From: Perkinsela sp. CCAP 1560/9
Taxonomy: Eukaryota > Protista > Euglenozoa: Kinetoplastea
DNA: 64,000 nucleotides
Direction of reading: 5' to 3'
Assembly: GCA_965644495.1 (NCBI GenBank)
Contig: CBFFSA010000010.1
Location: 496,001-560,000, forward strand
Shown here: positions 59,727 to 64,000 of the stretch, piece by piece
How the letters are laid out: each line of letters opens with the position of its first letter
How positions within the stretch are numbered: the first letter of the stretch is position 1
Program-made: the position numbers and the translations under genes
Notes under the pieces: generated by a model
Told to the model about the DNA's origin: nothing
What the model saw: the letters and a program-made list of their open reading frames with translations, nothing else
Databases searched by the model: none

Positions 59727-60482
59727 CCACGGGTTTGAATCCAATAAAGAAGGTCATGGCATGACCCATTTACTGTCGGTACATCCGACAAAAGAATCCG
59801 AGAAAAATTATTTTTGAAACCGAAACCCGCACAAGGGATAACCGGGGTCTCGACGCGCATTTTCCACCCCCCTACCCGGGGGTGACCCCCCCCCCCGGGA
59901 TATCCCCTTTGATATCAGTATTACCGTGCCCCTCCTTTAATATGGACGGGTATCCTCCCCCCCTTTATTATGTGTCAAGCTTCTGCCGCAATGTATTGAG
60001 CTTCGCAATTGACACATCACAAGAAATCAAAGGAGTTTCCTGAACGGAGGGCGCTTCAAAAATATGATTTGCCGAGTGGGCTATTGTATCTTCCGGAGGA
60101 GCAACCAGAGAGAAAGCAATACATGCCTCCTTGAGTTCTGAAGCAGGTTTGACCAATTCATGTTCAAAAGGCCAATCTTCCTGGATAGGTGTTTCTTTGG
60201 GAGAGTCTGCATGGGTAGAATTTGTATCCGTATTAGGCATTTCCGCGCAGGAGCACAGATTCGTACTGAACGGGGCCCTGGATAACGTACCTGCAACACG
60301 TTAACATATCGGGGGGGGGTATGTTATATTGAACAGGGGTTTCTGGAAAAAGTTTTTTTCGCAAAGAACGAAAGGCAACACATAAATAGATAGTTTAGGA
60401 AAGAAAAACGCACCTTTTGGACGACTCGGGACCCCCTTCTTCGGAAGCGATTTGCAAAGCCCGATTTGCCACGTATGCTTTT

Positions 60483-60819
60483 TTCAACTTGAAGTTTGGG
60501 ATACGCAAGACCGTAGAGGAAGGAGGAGGCGCAAGGCAAAAGCAGAAGGCGGAGCCTTCTGCCTTTTTCCCGCAGCGACGACGACTTCCTCGCGTGGGAA
60601 GCTGTAAGGAGTCCTAGGGAACATGTTTTTACCATGTAACCCAGGGTAAAGGGGACGAGGGAGATACCAACAGTGTAGGTGCGGCAGTTTCCACAGGAAA
60701 AACGGTATCTCCCTTATGGCATGAAGACAAGCGCCTAAAAATGTAGAGATGCCGTTTTTCCTGTGGAAACTGCCGCACCTACACTGTTGGTATCTCCCTC
60801 GTCCCCATTACCCTGGGTT
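60483..60819. repeat. Element end: unique arm plus GGGAGATAC hairpin module
   Basis: Palindrome at 60638-60819; the arm matches 41389-41549 inverted. Confidence 0.8.
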
Positions 60820-61866
60820 TTTTTTAATTGAGATTTTTTTACATGTGTACTGATCATTTTTTTTTGTCAACATGCCACTCAACATGCCACTCAAGAACTG
60901 AGTGGCATTCATGAAGAAATTCCTAGCGAGGTTGTTTCGTTGGAGGAGGATGAACAGGAAGACAAGGAGGGAGAAGAGGAGGAAGACATTGACAATTCAG
61001 GAGTATTTCCGAAGACGTAGTTGTCCTGAAATTGTGGGGTCAGTGGGGGGGGCATACGTCAAGAATATTTTTTCGAATTTTTTGCTTTTCGAAATCGAGC
61101 GCAGGGAAGTGGTAGAGTATGCCTCGGCGATAATTATCCACCCCCCCCCATGGGGGTACCCCCCTGGTACGCGCGGGAGGGGTCCGACAAGGTCAAAATT
61201 TCCGAAATTTTTGGGGTGACCAAAAAAAAAATTTGACCCAAAAAAAAAGCAAAAATCCTATTTTTCCAAAATCGACTCCTAAACCGCACTGTACCCCCCC
61301 TAGTTATCTGTCGCTACTTTTCGAGAAAAGGTGACAGATAACTAGGGGGGGTACAGTGCGGTTTAGGAGTCGATTTTGGAAAAATAGGATTTTTCGCGCT
61401 CTCCCCCTATCGGAAAGACCTGAGAAAACGCCATATTTTTCCATGGCATCATAAACCATTTCCTTAGTAATCAGACAATGTCTCTGTAATATAGAGCACA
61501 ATTCTTCGTGTACTTTTAATATGCTGTCTACTCTGTCGTGATTAAATTTCCGCATCCCTTACTTTTTCCACCTGCCTTCGTTATCATGGCCTGATAATGT
61601 GTTGCACCCTTTTCCTTGATGCGTTGCATTGTACGTGATGTTACCGAAAAGGATTCGCTAAGCTCCTTCAGTGTGCTCTGACATTATTGACCTAATTCCT
61701 TCGACATTCAACAGATCTCGAAAAAGTAGAGCGTTTCCCGCCGTTTGTTTGCCCATCAACCCCCCTGGGTTCTTGGTGGGTGTGATCAAAGATGGCAAAT
61801 TTCAAAAAAAAAAAAAAAGTTTTTGAAGTGGGAAAAAATGACAAAAAAGGTGTATGAATTCCTACA

Positions 61867-62316
61867 TTAATACCCACAATGGTCTCCTCGAACGCTCTGC
61901 ACTATTCGCAAGCGTTTAGGTACTGAATTTATGCAATTTAAGACTTGGCGTCGATAAGGATGACGCTTAAGCATCATGAAGGCTTTTTTTATTGCCTTCC
62001 GGAGCTGTGTTTCAGTCTCTGGCTTCAGAATTTCTTTCACAATTCGGTCCATTATTGACCAAACATTCTCGATCGGATTGAGGTCAGGAGAGAGTGCTGG
62101 CGACTCCAATCGAGTAATTCCTTTTTCTAAAAGGACACGCTTCGTTTTGTTATGCGTGGCCGCATTGTCCATTTGCACAATCGCTTGTTCTCTATTTTCA
62201 ACTAAATATTCAAGAATACCCCTTTTTGAAAAACACTCAACGAGAATCGCTTCACCCTTCACGGAACTTGCATCCCTAATTTTTTTACCTTGCGATTGGG
62301 ATGAAAACAAATGCAA
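61867..62316 (-). pseudogene. Tc1-like transposase C-terminal fragment
   Basis: QMDNAATH, SPDLNPIENVW and a C-terminal RGDHCGY. Confidence 0.8.
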
Positions 62317-62522
62317 AAAAGGGCCGTGTTTGGACTCATGCTGCGCGCCTCCCGTTGAAAACTACCCGCGTTTAACGAAGCCACTAAAAAAGAAAAATTG
62401 CGAAAAGACCATGAAAAATCTATTTGTTGGGTGAATTTGGGCCGTTTTTGATGCTCTACCAGTAGGGGTAACAGGCGAATCTGTTAGTCGGGGAACGAAA
62501 GGATGAACTAAGGAAAAATTAC

Positions 62523-62556
62523 CAACAAGTCACAGAAACTGTATCTTTTGAGTAGT
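62523..62556 (-). ncRNA. Spliced-leader-like exon followed by GT (possible SL RNA gene or relic)
   Basis: The minus strand reads ACTACTCAAAAGATACAGTTTCTGTGACTTGTTG|GTAATTTTT and shares AAAGATACAGTTTCTGT..CTTGTTG with 8565-8599. Confidence 0.6.
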
Positions 62557-63321
62557 AAAAACAGAGCGGTAATCGCGTACTGTTTTAACCGCGACACCAT
62601 TGCAACCTTGCAATGAGGATCATGGGCTGCGTACCGTCACCCCCCCTCACTTGTCCTCCTAGGTGACATATCCTCTTTTTACATTCGATGAGAGGATATG
62701 TCATCTAGTACCAAGATACGAAAGCGGGGACAAGTCAGGGGCAATGACGATACAAAGATATCACTGATATCACTTGTTGTTTGGTGAGAGTGCAGAGATT
62801 TGCCTCACATTTTCCTTACCCACATACGACGGGTGGATCACGTGAGGATTTGCCCTCGCTGGAGGAGAATGGGTGCAGAGAGCTGACGTCCCAGGTGCAG
62901 AGAGATCGGTTGTCATGTGCAGGTGCGGACAGTCGGATGGGTAATCCCCATATTACAGTTTCGGGGGCAACTCGGGTGCAGAGAGCTGCGAGAGAGCCGA
63001 GGTGCGGAGAGCTGGGTGACCGTCAGGTGCGGAGAGCCGTAAACGCAGGCAGCGAGGGACACGCCTAGTGGCCCTTAACGGAGGCCACCGTGACACCCAG
63101 CCCTCTCGGAGAGGCAAGGGTCGCGAGGAAAGAAGCCGAGAGGGGGAAGCACTCACTCCAGGGGAGCGAGCCGGGGAGGGGTGAAGGGATGAAGGCGCGC
63201 CCCCTGCTTTAGCGATAAAGGGGGACAGTTCCAGCCTTAGCGCCGGCCGGCAACGGGCATGAAAACACAGTAAGAGTATGCCCGTTGTACACAGTAAGAG
63301 TATGCTCCAAGTGGAGGTGGC

Positions 63322-64000
63322 GGAGTGGCAAGAATTCAAAGTTTGAAGCACGTGGTGCTCAGACGGCGAGTTCAAACCCGCTCATCGCATTATTCCTGGC
63401 AGCCTCACTCTAAGAGACTGGGCTGAGAACCGACTAGGCCCAGTACTCGGAGGACCGTCCCGGACCCTCCCCTCAGGGAACCAGCTCCCTTACCCGGCTT
63501 ACACTTCTTGGGTGGGCCGTGTCGACGTACAATTCGTCGACGCAGCGTGTTGATAACAGCATGTTTTTGCCGCCTTGGACAAGCGGAAACTGGTAGAAGA
63601 CGTCGGCCTCGGAACTTCCAAATCTGTCTGTGAAGGGTCTGGCTTGCCAGTGACCATCCGGAGCAATCCGGAATGATTTGGATTTTTTGGATTTGGAATT
63701 CTTATGAGTTTCCACGAGGAGTGGCAAGAATTCAAAGTTTGAAGCACATGGTGCTCAGACGGCGATTTCAAACCCGCTCATCGCATTATTACTGGCGGCC
63801 TCACTCTAAGAGGCTGGGCTGATAACCGACTAGGCCCAGTACTCGGAGGACCGCCCCGGACCCTCCACTCAGGGAACCAGCTCCCTTACCCGGCTTACAC
63901 CTCTTGGGTAAGCCGTGTTGACGTACAGTTCGTCGACGCAGCGTGTTGGCAACAGCACGTTGGTGCCGCCTTGGACAAGCGGAAACTGGTAGAGGACGTC
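63322..64000. repeat. 396-bp tandem repeat (at least 1.7 units, running off the window)
   Basis: GGAGTGGCAAGAATTC occurs at 63322 and 63718; related pieces lie at 3078-3185 and about 12590-12730. Confidence 0.9.

Noticed and set aside
63225-63262. HDV-like ribozyme (TCCAGCC...GCGCCGGC..GGCAAC)
   Set aside because: The P1/P3 pairing and the catalytic region could not be built by eye.

Overview
This is eukaryotic, intron-less, transposon-saturated DNA, most likely from a euglenozoan or kinetoplastid (Perkinsela/bodonid-like). The evidence is two spliced-leader (SL)-like sequences, VIPER-type and CRE-type retroelement remnants, and the fact that every host gene lies on the + strand. The host content is a dispersed array of about 12 short LRR genes and pseudogenes sharing an N-terminal 'KVRG..LPQEY' motif, a UPF1-like SF1 helicase without the CH domain, and a possible SEN15-like ORF. 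Between them lie Tc1/mariner, pogo, hAT, PIF/Harbinger-ISL2EU, Merlin-like and Sola-like remnants and many MITEs. The most striking structure is a 6.1 kb unit (2827-8947). In it a HERO-like RT/REL retroelement ORF carrying three CxHxCxxKxxCxHxCC motifs starts 27 nt after an SL-like exon that has no intron. A motif upstream of that exon recurs at the second SL-like locus. The unit is enclosed by ~27-bp direct repeats, 12-bp terminal inverted repeats (TIRs) and an AAT duplication. Several repeat families end in self-contained hairpin modules, one with a swapped 37-38 nt cassette, and one LRR gene flips from C-rich to G-rich mid-ORF. All calls come from reading the sequence and ORF track by eye; no searches were run.
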